DNA of 64,000 nucleotides from an uncultured Solirubrobacteraceae bacterium (lineage in GTDB: Bacteria; Actinomycetota; Thermoleophilia; Solirubrobacterales; Solirubrobacteraceae), in assembly GCA_963759445.1 (NCBI GenBank), contig CAVWZC010000009.1:1704-65703 (forward strand), written 5' to 3'. The position numbers and the translations under genes are program-made. Positions 54,256 to 63,990 of this stretch are shown piece after piece. Position 1 is the first letter of the stretch. Each line of letters starts with the position of its first letter. Under the pieces are notes generated by a model. That model worked only from the letters and a program-made list of their open reading frames with translations, ran no database searches and was not told the DNA's origin.

Positions 54256-56379
54256 ATGAGCCTTGCCGAGCACAGCGCGGTCGGGGAGCGCCCGCCGAGC
54301 GCGCCACGCGCTCGCTCCCATCGCGTCGCGGCGAGCGCCGCGCTTCTGCGCCAGCACCTCGGGCTGGGACTGGCGGTGGCGCTCGCGGGCGTGATGAACA
54401 TCAACGACCTCTCGCGCAACGGCTACGCCAACATCTTCTACTCCGCGGGGGTGAAGTCGATGATGCACTCGCTGCACGACTTCCTGTTCGTGTCGTTCGA
54501 CCCCGGCGGGCTGATCTCGGTCGACAAGGCGCCGGCCGCGCTGTGGGTGCAGGTCGCATCCGCGAAGGTCCTCGGCTTCTCCCCCATGAGCCTGCTGCTG
54601 CCCGGTGCGATCGAGGGGATGCTCGCGGTCGCGCTGCTGTATGTGATCCTCGCCCGCCGCCTCGGAGCGCCAGCGGCCCTCGCGGGTGCGCTCGCGCTCG
54701 CGGTGTTCCCGTCGTTCGTGGCGGTCTCGCGCGACAACGGCGTGGATCCGCTGCTGCTGCTGTTGATGCTCGGCGCGTGCGCGGCCGCGCTCGCTGCCTG
54801 CGAAAGCGGGCACTGGCGCTCGCTGCTCGCCTCCGCGGTGCTCATCGGCCTGGCGTTCAACACGAAGACGCTCGCGGCCTACCTCGTGCTGCCGGGGATC
54901 GCGCTCGGCTACCTCCTGTGCGCGCCGGTTCCGCTGATGCGTCGCCTCCTGCAGCTCGGCGTCGCGGGCCTCGTGATGCTCGCGGTGTCGTTCGCCTGGA
55001 TCGCCGTGGTCGAAGCGACGCCCGCCTCAAAGCGTCCCTTCGTCGGCAGCTCGACGAACAACACCGAGATCGGGCTCACCTTCGAATACAACGGCTTCGG
55101 GCGCGTGGAAGGCCAGCTCGGGGGCCCCGGCACGGAGAAAGTGCGCCAGGGAGCGTTCGTGCCGGCGCAGCACGTCCTCTTCCCCTACCCCCCGGGAAGC
55201 GCGCAGGCAGCGAAGCTCGCACGCGAACTGGCGATCGCGGCGCGCTCGCGCCAGCGGCGGCCGCGACGCGGCGTGCCCGCGAGCCGGCCGAAGTTCGTCC
55301 ACGGCCGCGAAGTCAACCCGATCCCCTTCGGCGGACCGCCGAGGGCGCTGCGCCTGTTCGGAAAGGGGCTCGGGGACCAGGGGGGCTGGCTGCTGCCGTT
55401 CGCGCTCTTCGGGGTGTTGGCGCTCGCGCTGCTGCTCGCGCTCGAGCGCACTCGCGCCGCGCCGCCGGAGGAGCTGCCCGACGCGGCGCCGGCGCGCGGC
55501 TGGCGGCGCGATCCGCGGCTGGCGACGCTGCTGGTGCTCGGCGGATGGTTCCTAACGGAGGCGATCATCCTCAGCACCTCCAAGGGCATCGTCCACCCCT
55601 ACTACGTCTCCGGAATAGCCCCGGGGGCAGCCGCGATGGTGGCGGCCGGCGTCTACGCGATCGCCACGCTGGCACGGCGCGGGCGCAGGCTGACGGCGTT
55701 CGCGCTCGCGCTCGGCGCGCTCGCGACGAGCGCCGCCGCGGAGATCGTGCTGATGCACGAAGAGCACTACATGGTGTGGTTCGCGCCGGTGCTCATCGCC
55801 GGCTGCGCGGCGTGCCTGCTCGCGCTGCTTGCGGTGCGGAGGCTCGCGCCCGCTGCGCTCGCGCTCTCGCTCGCGCTCGTGCTCGTGGCGCCGGCGGCGT
55901 ACGCGAGCACGACGTGGCTGGCGCCCGTGGAGGGGACCTTCCCGGTGGCCGGCGCGAGGCACGCCGCGGGCACGGGCGGCTACGGGATCGACGCCAAGAA
56001 CCTGGCGATCGCCCGCGCGCTCGTGCGCTACGTGCGCGCCCACCATCCCGGCTCGCGCTGGGCACTTCTGACGGTTGCCTCCGACGAGGCGGCGCCGATG
56101 ATCCTGATGGGCCTGGACGCGGGCGCGATCGCGGGCTACAGCGGCACTGACCAGGCGCTCTCGGCGCGGAGCCTCGCGCGCCTCGTGCGCGACGGCCAAG
56201 CGCGCTACGTGCTGCTCGGCGGCGATTACTCCCTGCGCGGCGGCAACGGCGCCACGAAGGCCGTGCTACGGGCGTGCAGGCAGCTGCGTGCCGGCGCCTG
56301 GGCGAGCCCCGTGCCCTTCCCCAACGGGCTCGTGCTGTTCGACTGCGCCGGCCAGGAGGCGGCGCTGGCCAGGGCCTGA
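54256..56379 (+). CDS. GT-C family 39 glycosyltransferase (PMT_2/ArnT/YkcB-like)
   Basis: YANIFYSAGV, FDPGG.ISVDK, GLAFNTK, YNGFGR, HPYY; many TM helices. Confidence 0.88.
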   Translation: MSLAEHSAVGERPPSAPRARSHRVAASAALLRQHLGLGLAVALAGVMNINDLSRNGYANIFYSAGVKSMMHSLHDFLFVSFDPGGLISVDKAPAALWVQVASAKVLGFSPMSLLLPGAIEGMLAVALLYVILARRLGAPAALAGALALAVFPSFVAVSRDNGVDPLLLLLMLGACAAALAACESGHWRSLLASAVLIGLAFNTKTLAAYLVLPGIALGYLLCAPVPLMRRLLQLGVAGLVMLAVSFAWIAVVEATPASKRPFVGSSTNNTEIGLTFEYNGFGRVEGQLGGPGTEKVRQGAFVPAQHVLFPYPPGSAQAAKLARELAIAARSRQRRPRRGVPASRPKFVHGREVNPIPFGGPPRALRLFGKGLGDQGGWLLPFALFGVLALALLLALERTRAAPPEELPDAAPARGWRRDPRLATLLVLGGWFLTEAIILSTSKGIVHPYYVSGIAPGAAAMVAAGVYAIATLARRGRRLTAFALALGALATSAAAEIVLMHEEHYMVWFAPVLIAGCAACLLALLAVRRLAPAALALSLALVLVAPAAYASTTWLAPVEGTFPVAGARHAAGTGGYGIDAKNLAIARALVRYVRAHHPGSRWALLTVASDEAAPMILMGLDAGAIAGYSGTDQALSARSLARLVRDGQARYVLLGGDYSLRGGNGATKAVLRACRQLRAGAWASPVPFPNGLVLFDCAGQEAALARA

Positions 56380-56451
56380 TCTGCGACTGCGCCCGCGCCT
56401 TGCCGCGGGCGCGGGCGGGGTCCTCGACGGCCCCCGCAGCCGCCCTCTCCC

Positions 56452-57999
56452 CTAGGCGGCCACGGAGAGGTCGCTGTGGAAGGCGCGCGCGAAGATCTCA
56501 CGCTCGCGCCCGGCGGCCCAGCGCGGCACCGCCGACTCGCCGTCGGCGAGCAGACGCAGCTCGACGGTGCCGTTGTTGAGCGCGATGCTGGTGGCGCGCA
56601 CGAGCTGGTCGCGCGAGCGCTCGAGGTCCTCGGCGAGACGCAGCAGCGTGGCGCAGCGGTCGAGCCGCTCGGCGTCGCCGGGGCCGAACAGCGCCGCGAG
56701 CGGCCCGGGCGTCGGCATCCCCTTGCGGTGGTAGCGCGCGGCCTGGGCGATGATCGCGGTCTCGACGGGCGCGAACCCCGGCAGCCCGCCGTTGAGGATC
56801 AGATAGCGCGAGTGCTTGTGGTGGTCGTCGTAGTCGATCGACATGCCGATGTCGTGGAGCATGCAGGCGGCCCACAGCAGTTCGCGCTCGCGTGGGTCGC
56901 CGGGGTGAAGGCCGCAGGCTGCGAGCTCGTCGAACATCCCCAGTGCGAGTGCGGCGACGTGCTCGGTGTGAGCGCTGTCAACGTGGTATTGCGCGGCCAG
57001 GTTGAGCACGCTGGTGCGGCGGACGTCCTCGAACATCGGCGTCCCGTCGGCTGCGGCGTGGCGCCCCGCGAGCAGCCGCTCGAAGAAGATCCCCTCCCGC
57101 AGTCCCGCCTCCGTCACCTCGATCGCGTCGAAGGAGCCGGCCGCGAGCACGCTCTGCACCACCAGTGCCCCCGCCAGAATGAGGTCGGCGCGCGCGGGCT
57201 TCACACCGGGGACGCGCGCGCGCTCGGACGCCGGCAGCGCGGCGAGCCGTTCGACGAGCTCGTCGAGCATCGAGCGCTCGATCACCATCCCCTGCACTCC
57301 GTTTGACGGAAAGCCGGCGGCGCGCTGCGCAGCCGCGCCGAGGTTGCGGACGGTCCCGCCGATCCCGACCAGACGCCCGCCGGCGCTGCCGCGGCCCCGC
57401 AACCAGCCCGGCTCCGCGAGGCTGGCGGCGACGTGCTCGCGCAACTCCTCGAGCTGTTTGCGCTTGGCAGGGCCGTTGGCGGGCAGGAAGCGCTCGCTCA
57501 TGAGCACCGTGCCCAGAGGCCAGGAGCCGCTCTGGCGCGCGAGCCGCTGCGTCACGTCCACGAGCTGCAGCGAGCCGCCGCCGAGGTCCAGCACGCAGCC
57601 GTCGGTGAGCGTGGTGGAGTTCACGGCGGCGAGGTAGCCGTAATAGGCCTCCTGCTCGCGGCTGAGCACTCGTATCTGAAGGCCCGATCTCGCACGCGCG
57701 AGCCGCAGGAACTCCGCGGCGTTGTCTGCGTCACGAATCGCGCTGGTGGCGACCGCGTCGATCTGCGCCGGCTCGAGCCCGCTCGCGCGGGCGAAATGCG
57801 CGAACACGTCGACGGTGGCGAGCGCGCGCGCGATCGGCTGCTCGCCTAGCCTGCCCGAGGAGACGAGTCCCTCGCCGATGCGCACCGGCTCGTAGATCTC
57901 GTCGGTGCGCCGCCAGGAGCCCTCGCCCGCCATGAACACGACCAGCCGGAACGAGTTCGATCCGAGATCGATCACCGCGAACCGCTCTCCCGCCTGCAT
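56452..57999 (-). CDS. ppx: Ppx/GppA exopolyphosphatase with HD domain
   Basis: IDLGSNSFRL, ATSAIRDA.N, DLGGGS, GLREG, LHDIG, RYHRK. Confidence 0.93.
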   Translation of the reverse strand: MQAGERFAVIDLGSNSFRLVVFMAGEGSWRRTDEIYEPVRIGEGLVSSGRLGEQPIARALATVDVFAHFARASGLEPAQIDAVATSAIRDADNAAEFLRLARARSGLQIRVLSREQEAYYGYLAAVNSTTLTDGCVLDLGGGSLQLVDVTQRLARQSGSWPLGTVLMSERFLPANGPAKRKQLEELREHVAASLAEPGWLRGRGSAGGRLVGIGGTVRNLGAAAQRAAGFPSNGVQGMVIERSMLDELVERLAALPASERARVPGVKPARADLILAGALVVQSVLAAGSFDAIEVTEAGLREGIFFERLLAGRHAAADGTPMFEDVRRTSVLNLAAQYHVDSAHTEHVAALALGMFDELAACGLHPGDPRERELLWAACMLHDIGMSIDYDDHHKHSRYLILNGGLPGFAPVETAIIAQAARYHRKGMPTPGPLAALFGPGDAERLDRCATLLRLAEDLERSRDQLVRATSIALNNGTVELRLLADGESAVPRWAAGREREIFARAFHSDLSVAA

Positions 58000-58037
58000 G
58001 CTCTGAGCGTATTGCCAGCGTCGGCGGCTGGCGCCTG

Positions 58038-59324
58038 TCAGCGCAGCGTGCGCCGAGCCTCGCGCTTGCCCTCGTACATGGAGCGGTCTGCCCCGGCGAA
58101 GACCTCCTCCGGGCTAGCGCTGCGGGCGTCGATCAGCGCCGTTCCGACGCTCGCGCTCGGGTGCAGCACCCCGCCCTCGACCTCGACCGCGCACGCTCTG
58201 ACGACGCGGTCCAGGCCATCGGCGACGATCGCGAGGCCATCGCGGTCGAGGTGCGGCAACAGCACGCCGAACTCGTCGCCGCCGATCCGCGCGAGCAGGT
58301 CGGTGCCGCGCAGCCGCCGGCGCAGCGCGCGCGCGACGGCCTTCAGCGTCTCGTCGCCAGCGTGGTGCCCGTGCCCGTCGTTGATCTGCTTGAAGGAGTC
58401 CAGGTCGAGCAGGACGAGGCCCGCGACCTCCTCGTAGCGGCGCGAGCGCGCCACCTGCAGCTCGAGGTCGTCGTCGAACAGCCTGCGATTGCGCAGGCCG
58501 GTCAGGGGGTCATGGTCAGCGAGGTGACGCAGCCGCTCCTCGAGCTGCTTGCGCTCGGAGATGTCCTGGAGCTGTGCGATGTAGTGCAGCGCCCCACCTG
58601 CGTCGTCGCGCACGAGCGACATCGAGACGATCGCCGACAGGGTTTCGCCCGCTGCGTTGAGGTAGGGGCGCTCGGACTGCAGCACGGGGATCTCGCCCGC
58701 CTCGAGCTGCACCCGCCGGCGCGCATCCTCCTCGGGGGCGAGCGAGCCGACGAGCGCGTCGAAGGGACGCCCGAGCAGCTCCTCGGAGGTGTACCCGGTG
58801 ATCTCGCAGAGCGCGCGGTTCACGAGCAGCCACCGCCACTCGCGGTCGAGCAGGGCGGTGCCGATGGGCGCTCGCTCGAAGACCTCCTCGAAAGCGCCCG
58901 CGCGCGGCGGGCCGTCGTCGGGCGCGGCCTGCACGCGCGCGCTCGCGTCGAGGATGACCGCGACACCGCCGGCCACCTCGCCGCGCTCGCCGAGCCGCAG
59001 CGGGCCGACGTCGACGACCAGTCGATGGCCATGGCCTTCCGCCCAGATCTCGCGCGAGCGGGTGTCGCCCTCGAGCGCCGAGGCGAACAGCTCCTCGAGC
59101 TGCTGCCACAGCTCGCGCGGAAAGACCTCTCCGACCGCCTGCCCCGGGCGCGTGGCCGCGGGCGCACCGAGGCGTGCGAGCGCGTGCCCTGCGTGTACGA
59201 CGACGCGCATGTTCGAGTCGAAGGCGACGATCAGCGCCTCGGGGAGCTCGCGCAGCGCGGCCGCCGCGAGACTGTCCGCGCACGCCGCGATCTCCCCTGC
59301 GTTGGGGGCCTGCGATGTGCTCAT
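58038..59324 (-). CDS. PAS-PAS-GGDEF diguanylate cyclase
   Basis: HDPLTGL.NRR, DLDSFKQIND.HGH.AGD, RGTD I-site, RIGGDEF; PAS/PAC ending QDISERK. Confidence 0.92.
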   Translation of the reverse strand: MSTSQAPNAGEIAACADSLAAAALRELPEALIVAFDSNMRVVVHAGHALARLGAPAATRPGQAVGEVFPRELWQQLEELFASALEGDTRSREIWAEGHGHRLVVDVGPLRLGERGEVAGGVAVILDASARVQAAPDDGPPRAGAFEEVFERAPIGTALLDREWRWLLVNRALCEITGYTSEELLGRPFDALVGSLAPEEDARRRVQLEAGEIPVLQSERPYLNAAGETLSAIVSMSLVRDDAGGALHYIAQLQDISERKQLEERLRHLADHDPLTGLRNRRLFDDDLELQVARSRRYEEVAGLVLLDLDSFKQINDGHGHHAGDETLKAVARALRRRLRGTDLLARIGGDEFGVLLPHLDRDGLAIVADGLDRVVRACAVEVEGGVLHPSASVGTALIDARSASPEEVFAGADRSMYEGKREARRTLR

Positions 59325-59480
59325 GGTCCGACTCCATCGGCGCCGCCGGCGGAGGGCTTGAAGGGCGCCAGCCCTTCGCCGATCGACTGATGCTCGACCC
59401 CACAGCCGATGCGGCGTGCGACCCGCCGAAGGTCCGCCGGCGTTTGCCGCGTCCCGCTCCGGGCTAAATGACCAGGTGGT

Positions 59481-59864
59481 ATGCCAATCGATCCGCGCGC
59501 ACCCGATCTCGAGACCTCGCTGCACCTCGACCACTACGCGGCGCGCGCGGCACGCCACCACGTCTCGACGGTTGATTCGCCGTCGCCGGACCTTCGCGAT
59601 GCCGTCGCGCTGCTCACGAGCGAGCTGGTGACGAGGGCGGTCGTCCCCGAGGCGCCCTCCGAAGAAGACGTCTGCCTGCGCGTCTGGATGCCTCCCGACG
59701 TCGTGCGCGTGGAGCTGAGCGTCCCGCGCGGGCATTTCTTCGCGCCGCTCGGCCCGCGTCCGGAAGACCTCGGCCTGCTCGTGCTCGACCGTGTCGCCGA
59801 CCGCTGGTCGATCGAGCCGGGCGAGCGCAGCGTGTCGCTGTGGTTTGAAATCGACCGCCGCTGA
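59481..59864 (+). CDS. RsbW-like HATPase_c_2 protein, degenerate
   Basis: AARAARH, LLTSELVTRAV, GLLVLDRVADRW, SLWFEI. Confidence 0.75.
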   Translation: MPIDPRAPDLETSLHLDHYAARAARHHVSTVDSPSPDLRDAVALLTSELVTRAVVPEAPSEEDVCLRVWMPPDVVRVELSVPRGHFFAPLGPRPEDLGLLVLDRVADRWSIEPGERSVSLWFEIDRR

Positions 59865-59872
59865 GGCACGAC

Positions 59873-60649
59873 TCAGGGTCGGCGTCGAATCCGCAGCCAG
59901 TACTGGTCGTTGACGATCGGGTGCGGCACGAGCCGCGTCTGGAGTCCGAGAGCGTCCGCCTCCTTGGCGATCCAGCGCAGCGAGTGCTGCACGACGCCGG
60001 GGTCTCGCGACTCGTGGCTGAGGCCGACCCAGCCCTCGCCCTCGTAGTCGCGCGAATGCTCGAGCGCGGGCAGCCTCATCAGCAGCGGCGTGAGCTCCTC
60101 GAGCGGCAGGCTCATCGCCGTGCGCGTCCACAGCGCCCGCAGCCGTGGCGAGCGCGGCCTGTGCGAGAAGAGCGCGGAGGCAGGGTGGTAGGTGGCCAGC
60201 AGCACGCCCGCCGGGGCGGCGGTCTCGGCGAACGAGCTGAGCATCGCGGCGATCTGCGACTTTGCGGTGTGGGTCCAGATCGAGCGCGCGAGGACGAAGT
60301 CGAAGCGCTCCCCGAAGACCGAGAAGTCGAAGCGGTCGTTGTGGTCGAAGTGCGGACGTGCGCGCGCGAGCACCTCGGGCTCGAGCACCTGCTCGAGCCC
60401 GACCTTCAGCATCTCGCGGTTGGGCTCGATCCCGAAATAGCAGCCCGCGTCGAGGAATCGCATCAGCCAGTAACCGACGCGCAGCGCGCCAGCGCCGACG
60501 TCGAGCACGCTCGAGGACGGGCTGAGGCCCTCGCGCAGCAGCACCTCGAGGCATAGACGCCCGACGCGTTCGAAGTCACGGCGAGGGCCGCCGAGGAAGA
60601 CCTCTCCGGCGATCCGTTCGGATCGCGTCTGCAGGCTCCCGTCGCTCAT
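59873..60649 (-). CDS. Class I SAM-dependent methyltransferase
   Basis: VLDVGAGALRVG, YFGIEPN, FDFVLARSIWTH. Confidence 0.85.
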   Translation of the reverse strand: MSDGSLQTRSERIAGEVFLGGPRRDFERVGRLCLEVLLREGLSPSSSVLDVGAGALRVGYWLMRFLDAGCYFGIEPNREMLKVGLEQVLEPEVLARARPHFDHNDRFDFSVFGERFDFVLARSIWTHTAKSQIAAMLSSFAETAAPAGVLLATYHPASALFSHRPRSPRLRALWTRTAMSLPLEELTPLLMRLPALEHSRDYEGEGWVGLSHESRDPGVVQHSLRWIAKEADALGLQTRLVPHPIVNDQYWLRIRRRP

Positions 60650-60668
60650 TCCCACGCCTTAAAGGCCG

Positions 60669-60704
60669 AGGAGTGGGACCCGCGCGCCGGCGGGTCCCAC
60701 TCCT
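60669..60704. terminator. Perfect 15-bp-stem hairpin downstream of the Lys/Glu-rich gene
   Basis: AGGAGTGGGACCCGC-gcgccg-GCGGGTCCCACTCCT. Confidence 0.7.
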
Positions 60705-60835
60705 GGTCGTCCGATCTGAAGGTGCTGCTGGCTTCGGAGGTCCTGCCCCTGGGCCGCGCCGCCACCGATCTCGCTCAAGATCGGAGGGCTAGGCCCGTCC
60801 TCACGTCGCCGTGCAGCGTCTCAACGGAAAGGTGC

Positions 60836-61390
60836 TTACTTGCCTTCTTCCTTGAGGGTTTTGCACTTTTCCTTTTTTTCAGCGATTTTTTCCTTTGCTG
60901 CTTCGTCCTCTTCGGCGTACTTCGCCTTCTTTTCTTCGATCTTTTCGGGGCTCTCGCCTTTTTCCTTCGCTTCGGCGATTTTTTCCTTCTGTTCTTCTTT
61001 CTTGGTCGCTAGCTTTTCCTTGGCTTCAGCGACCTTGGTCTTGCAAGCTTCGTTCTTTTCGCCGGCCTTTGCCTTGCTTTCTTCGTACTTCGTTTTGCAG
61101 GCTTCCTTCTTTTCGGCGTTCTTTTCCTTTGCTGCTTCGTCCTGTTCGGCGTATTTCGCCTTTTTTTCTTCGATCTTTTCTGCGCTCTCGCCTTTTTCCT
61201 TAGCTTCGGCGATTTTCGCCTTCTGTTCTTCCTTCTTGCCCGCTAGGGCTTCCTTTTTTTCCGTCACTTTTTCCTTGCACGCTTCGTACTTTTCCTTCGG
61301 CGTGCCTTCTGCCTGGGCGCTCGCTGCGACGACCGCAGTCATCGCGAAGACGGCGATCAGGCAGAGGGTGAGGCTCCTAATGCGTTTCAC
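60836..61390 (-). CDS. Secreted Lys/Glu/Ala-rich protein with two 78-aa repeats
   Basis: GTG after GAGAGG; signal peptide KRIRSLTLCLIAVFAMTAVVAASAQA; 234-nt internal duplication. Confidence 0.8.
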   Translation of the reverse strand: MKRIRSLTLCLIAVFAMTAVVAASAQAEGTPKEKYEACKEKVTEKKEALAGKKEEQKAKIAEAKEKGESAEKIEEKKAKYAEQDEAAKEKNAEKKEACKTKYEESKAKAGEKNEACKTKVAEAKEKLATKKEEQKEKIAEAKEKGESPEKIEEKKAKYAEEDEAAKEKIAEKKEKCKTLKEEGK

Positions 61391-61717
61391 GTATCCATCC
61401 TCTCTCGGTGTGTCTCGAATCATTCTCTCGCTCTGACCGCCGCCGGCAGCCCAAGGCCGCAGACGGACGATCCACTCTCCTGCGTGGTGCTATCGCGTCG
61501 TCCCGGCGCTCATCCATGCGCCACGAAAGCCGACGACGGGCATGCGTTTGGACGCACGCTCCCGCAGAGGCTCCGCACGCGCGATCAGGGCACGCTCCGC
61601 GTACCCCGTTTTGCGCTGGGCGGTCGCTCCTCCCACGGCCCCGAGCATGCAATCCTCCTCCTTGGGAATCATTCCGTTAGGGGTCAACCGGCGCAGGCCG
61701 CTGCCCCCCGCAGCGCC

Positions 61718-61747
61718 TTTATACCATGCCGCGCCCCTTCGAGTAAA
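61718..61747 (-). promoter_or_regulatory. SigA-type promoter TTTACT-N18-TATAAA (extended TG)
   Basis: Minus strand, just downstream of the P450 stop, facing the Lys/Glu-rich gene. Confidence 0.5.
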
Positions 61748-61754
61748 GCCGCCT

Positions 61755-63008
61755 TCACGCGATCTTTGCGTCCGCGCGTGCCCCGAGCCGCACCGGAAGG
61801 GCCTTCAGCTGGTTGACGAACAGCGCCTGCGCGGGCGCCGGCTCGCCGTCGGGCTCCACCTCCGGGTAGCGTCGCAGCGTCTCTTCGAAGAGGATCCGCA
61901 GCTCCAGGCGCGCCAGCGCGGTCCCGAGACAGAAGTGCCTGCCGCCGGCGCCGAAGGCCTGATGCTCGGGGTTGCGGTGGATGTCGAAGCGGTCGGGATC
62001 CTCGTAGAGCGACTCGTCGCGATTGGAGGAGACGTACCACATGACGACCTTCTCGCCCTTCTTGATCTGCTGTCCGTTCAGCTCGGTGTCGCGCGTGGCC
62101 GTGCGGCGGAAGTGCGCGAACGCGGGAAACATGCGCAGCGCCTCCTCGACCGCTCCCGGGATCAGCGAGGGGTCCTCGGCCAGCTCGCGCTTCTGCTCGG
62201 GGGCTGCCATCAGCGCGCGCATGCCGCTGCAGTAGGTCGCCTTCGTGGAGTCGTTGCCGGCGGCCATCAAAAGGAAGAACCCCATGACGATCTCGGTCTC
62301 GTCCAGTTTCTCGCCGTCCACCTCGGCGTGCACGAGCACGCTCATCAGGTCATCGGTGGGGGCCTCCCTGCGCTCGGCGATCAGCATGCGGCAGCGCTCG
62401 AACATCACGGGGAAGTCCTCCTCGAGGACGCCCTCGATCCCGCCGGGCGCGAGGTCCGGATCGTCGGGGGCGAGCGCGGCGTTCATGATGCGCGCCCACA
62501 GGGCGTCTTCCTCCTCGGAGATGCCCATGAAGCTCGAGATCACTCGCGAGACGACCGGCTGCGCGACGTCGCTGACGAGGTCGCAGCGCTCGCGGCCGTC
62601 GAGGCGGTCGAGCACGCCTCTCACGATCTCGCGGATTCGCGGCTCGTGGTCGGCGATGCGCTTCGGCGTGAAGCCGCGCTGGAAGAGCTGCTTGATGCGG
62701 TCGTGCTTCGGCGGGTCCATCCCGATGAACATCGCTCGCGCGAGCTCGAGCGGAAAGATCTCCGCGAACACCGTCACTCCGCCGAGCTCCGAGGAGTAGG
62801 TCTCCCAGTCGCGGCTGACCGCGTGCACGTCCTCGGCGGTCGTGACCGACCAGAAGCCGGCCTCCGACGGGTACTGCTCGACGCGGTTGCTCCAGTGCAC
62901 CGGGCACTTCGCCCGCATCTCCTTGAAGACCTGGTACGGCGGGCCCTCGCTCCACAGCTCGCCGTCGGCGAGCTCGACGGTCTCGATGTCGCGCCCCACG
63001 GTTGCCAC
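61755..63008 (-). CDS. Cytochrome P450 (CYP124/125-like)
   Basis: MDPPKH, AAGNDST I-helix, EEALR (ExxR), FGAGGRHFCLG heme Cys. Confidence 0.94.
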   Translation of the reverse strand: MATVGRDIETVELADGELWSEGPPYQVFKEMRAKCPVHWSNRVEQYPSEAGFWSVTTAEDVHAVSRDWETYSSELGGVTVFAEIFPLELARAMFIGMDPPKHDRIKQLFQRGFTPKRIADHEPRIREIVRGVLDRLDGRERCDLVSDVAQPVVSRVISSFMGISEEEDALWARIMNAALAPDDPDLAPGGIEGVLEEDFPVMFERCRMLIAERREAPTDDLMSVLVHAEVDGEKLDETEIVMGFFLLMAAGNDSTKATYCSGMRALMAAPEQKRELAEDPSLIPGAVEEALRMFPAFAHFRRTATRDTELNGQQIKKGEKVVMWYVSSNRDESLYEDPDRFDIHRNPEHQAFGAGGRHFCLGTALARLELRILFEETLRRYPEVEPDGEPAPAQALFVNQLKALPVRLGARADAKIA

Positions 63009-63138
63009 CCCCGCACCTCCTCGTCCCCGTTGCCGGTTGTAGTACTGCTGATCGTGCAGCTTATGCCTCGCGCGCGAGCTGCGCAGGCTCCCCGCGCGAG
63101 CACTCCGGGCGATGCGGCCACGGCTAGGCTTTGGGCGC

Positions 63139-63990
63139 ATGCGGCTGGTCAGCTACGCCGAGCGCGAGGGTCCGCGCGCCGGGATCCTCATCGCCGAGGA
63201 GATCGTGCCGGCGTCGGCCCTCGGCGCGCCGGCCAACTCGGTGCGGGGGTTGCTGGCCGCGCTCGACGGCGACGCCCTCGCGGTGCTGGCGCAGCGGGCG
63301 AGCGAGAGCTCGCACAGGATCGCGCTGTCGGCCGCGCGCCTCTTGGCGCCGGTGCCCAACCCCGAGAAGATCATCTGCCTCGGCCTCAACTACGCCGACC
63401 ACGCGGCCGAGATCGGCCAGGAGAAGCCGAAGGCGCCTCTGTGGTTCGCCAAGTTCGCGAACTCGTTGATCGGCGCCGGCGGCGAGATCCTGTTGCCGCG
63501 CGCGTATCCGGAGCACGTCGACTACGAGGCCGAGCTCGCGGTCGTGATCGGGCGCGAGGCACATCGCGTGGAGGAGGCACAGGCGCTCTCCTATGTGGCG
63601 GGAGCGATGCCTTTCAACGACGTGAGCGCGCGCGATCTGCAGCTGGAGAACCCGCTGTGGACCAGCGGCAAGGCGGTCGACACGTTCGCGCCGTGCGGGC
63701 CGGCGCTCGTAACGCTCGACGAGGTGGGCGAGCTTCAGGAGCTCGGGCTGCGCACGCGCATCAACGGCGAGCTGCTGCAGGAGGGCAGCACGCGCGATCA
63801 GATCTTCGGCGTGGCGTACACGGTCGCCTGGCTCTCGCGCACGCTCACGCTGCGCCCCGGCGACATCATCGCGACCGGTACGCCCGCGGGCGTCGGCGCC
63901 TCCAAGGGCAGGTTCCTGCGCGCAGGCGACGTCGTCGAGGTCGAAATCGACGGGCTCGGCGCCCTCGGCAATCCGGTGCGCGCCGAGTGA
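63139..63990 (+). CDS. Fumarylacetoacetate hydrolase family protein
   Basis: KIICLGLNYADH, DYEAEL, NDVSARD, GK..DTF, PGDIIATGTP. Confidence 0.94.
   Translation: MRLVSYAEREGPRAGILIAEEIVPASALGAPANSVRGLLAALDGDALAVLAQRASESSHRIALSAARLLAPVPNPEKIICLGLNYADHAAEIGQEKPKAPLWFAKFANSLIGAGGEILLPRAYPEHVDYEAELAVVIGREAHRVEEAQALSYVAGAMPFNDVSARDLQLENPLWTSGKAVDTFAPCGPALVTLDEVGELQELGLRTRINGELLQEGSTRDQIFGVAYTVAWLSRTLTLRPGDIIATGTPAGVGASKGRFLRAGDVVEVEIDGLGALGNPVRAE

Noticed and set aside
58038-60554. 838-aa diguanylate cyclase ORF
   Set aside because: The N-terminal 410 aa is an off-frame shadow across the methyltransferase and RsbW-like genes; the real start is about 59324.
60836-61300. Repeats as a possible CRISPR or VNTR array
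   Set aside because: Only two diverged in-frame 234-nt coding units; no spacers and no cas genes.
60840-61436. Phe/Ser-rich plus-strand ORFs resembling membrane proteins
   Set aside because: Antisense shadows of GAA/AAA/AAG codons in the Lys/Glu-rich gene.
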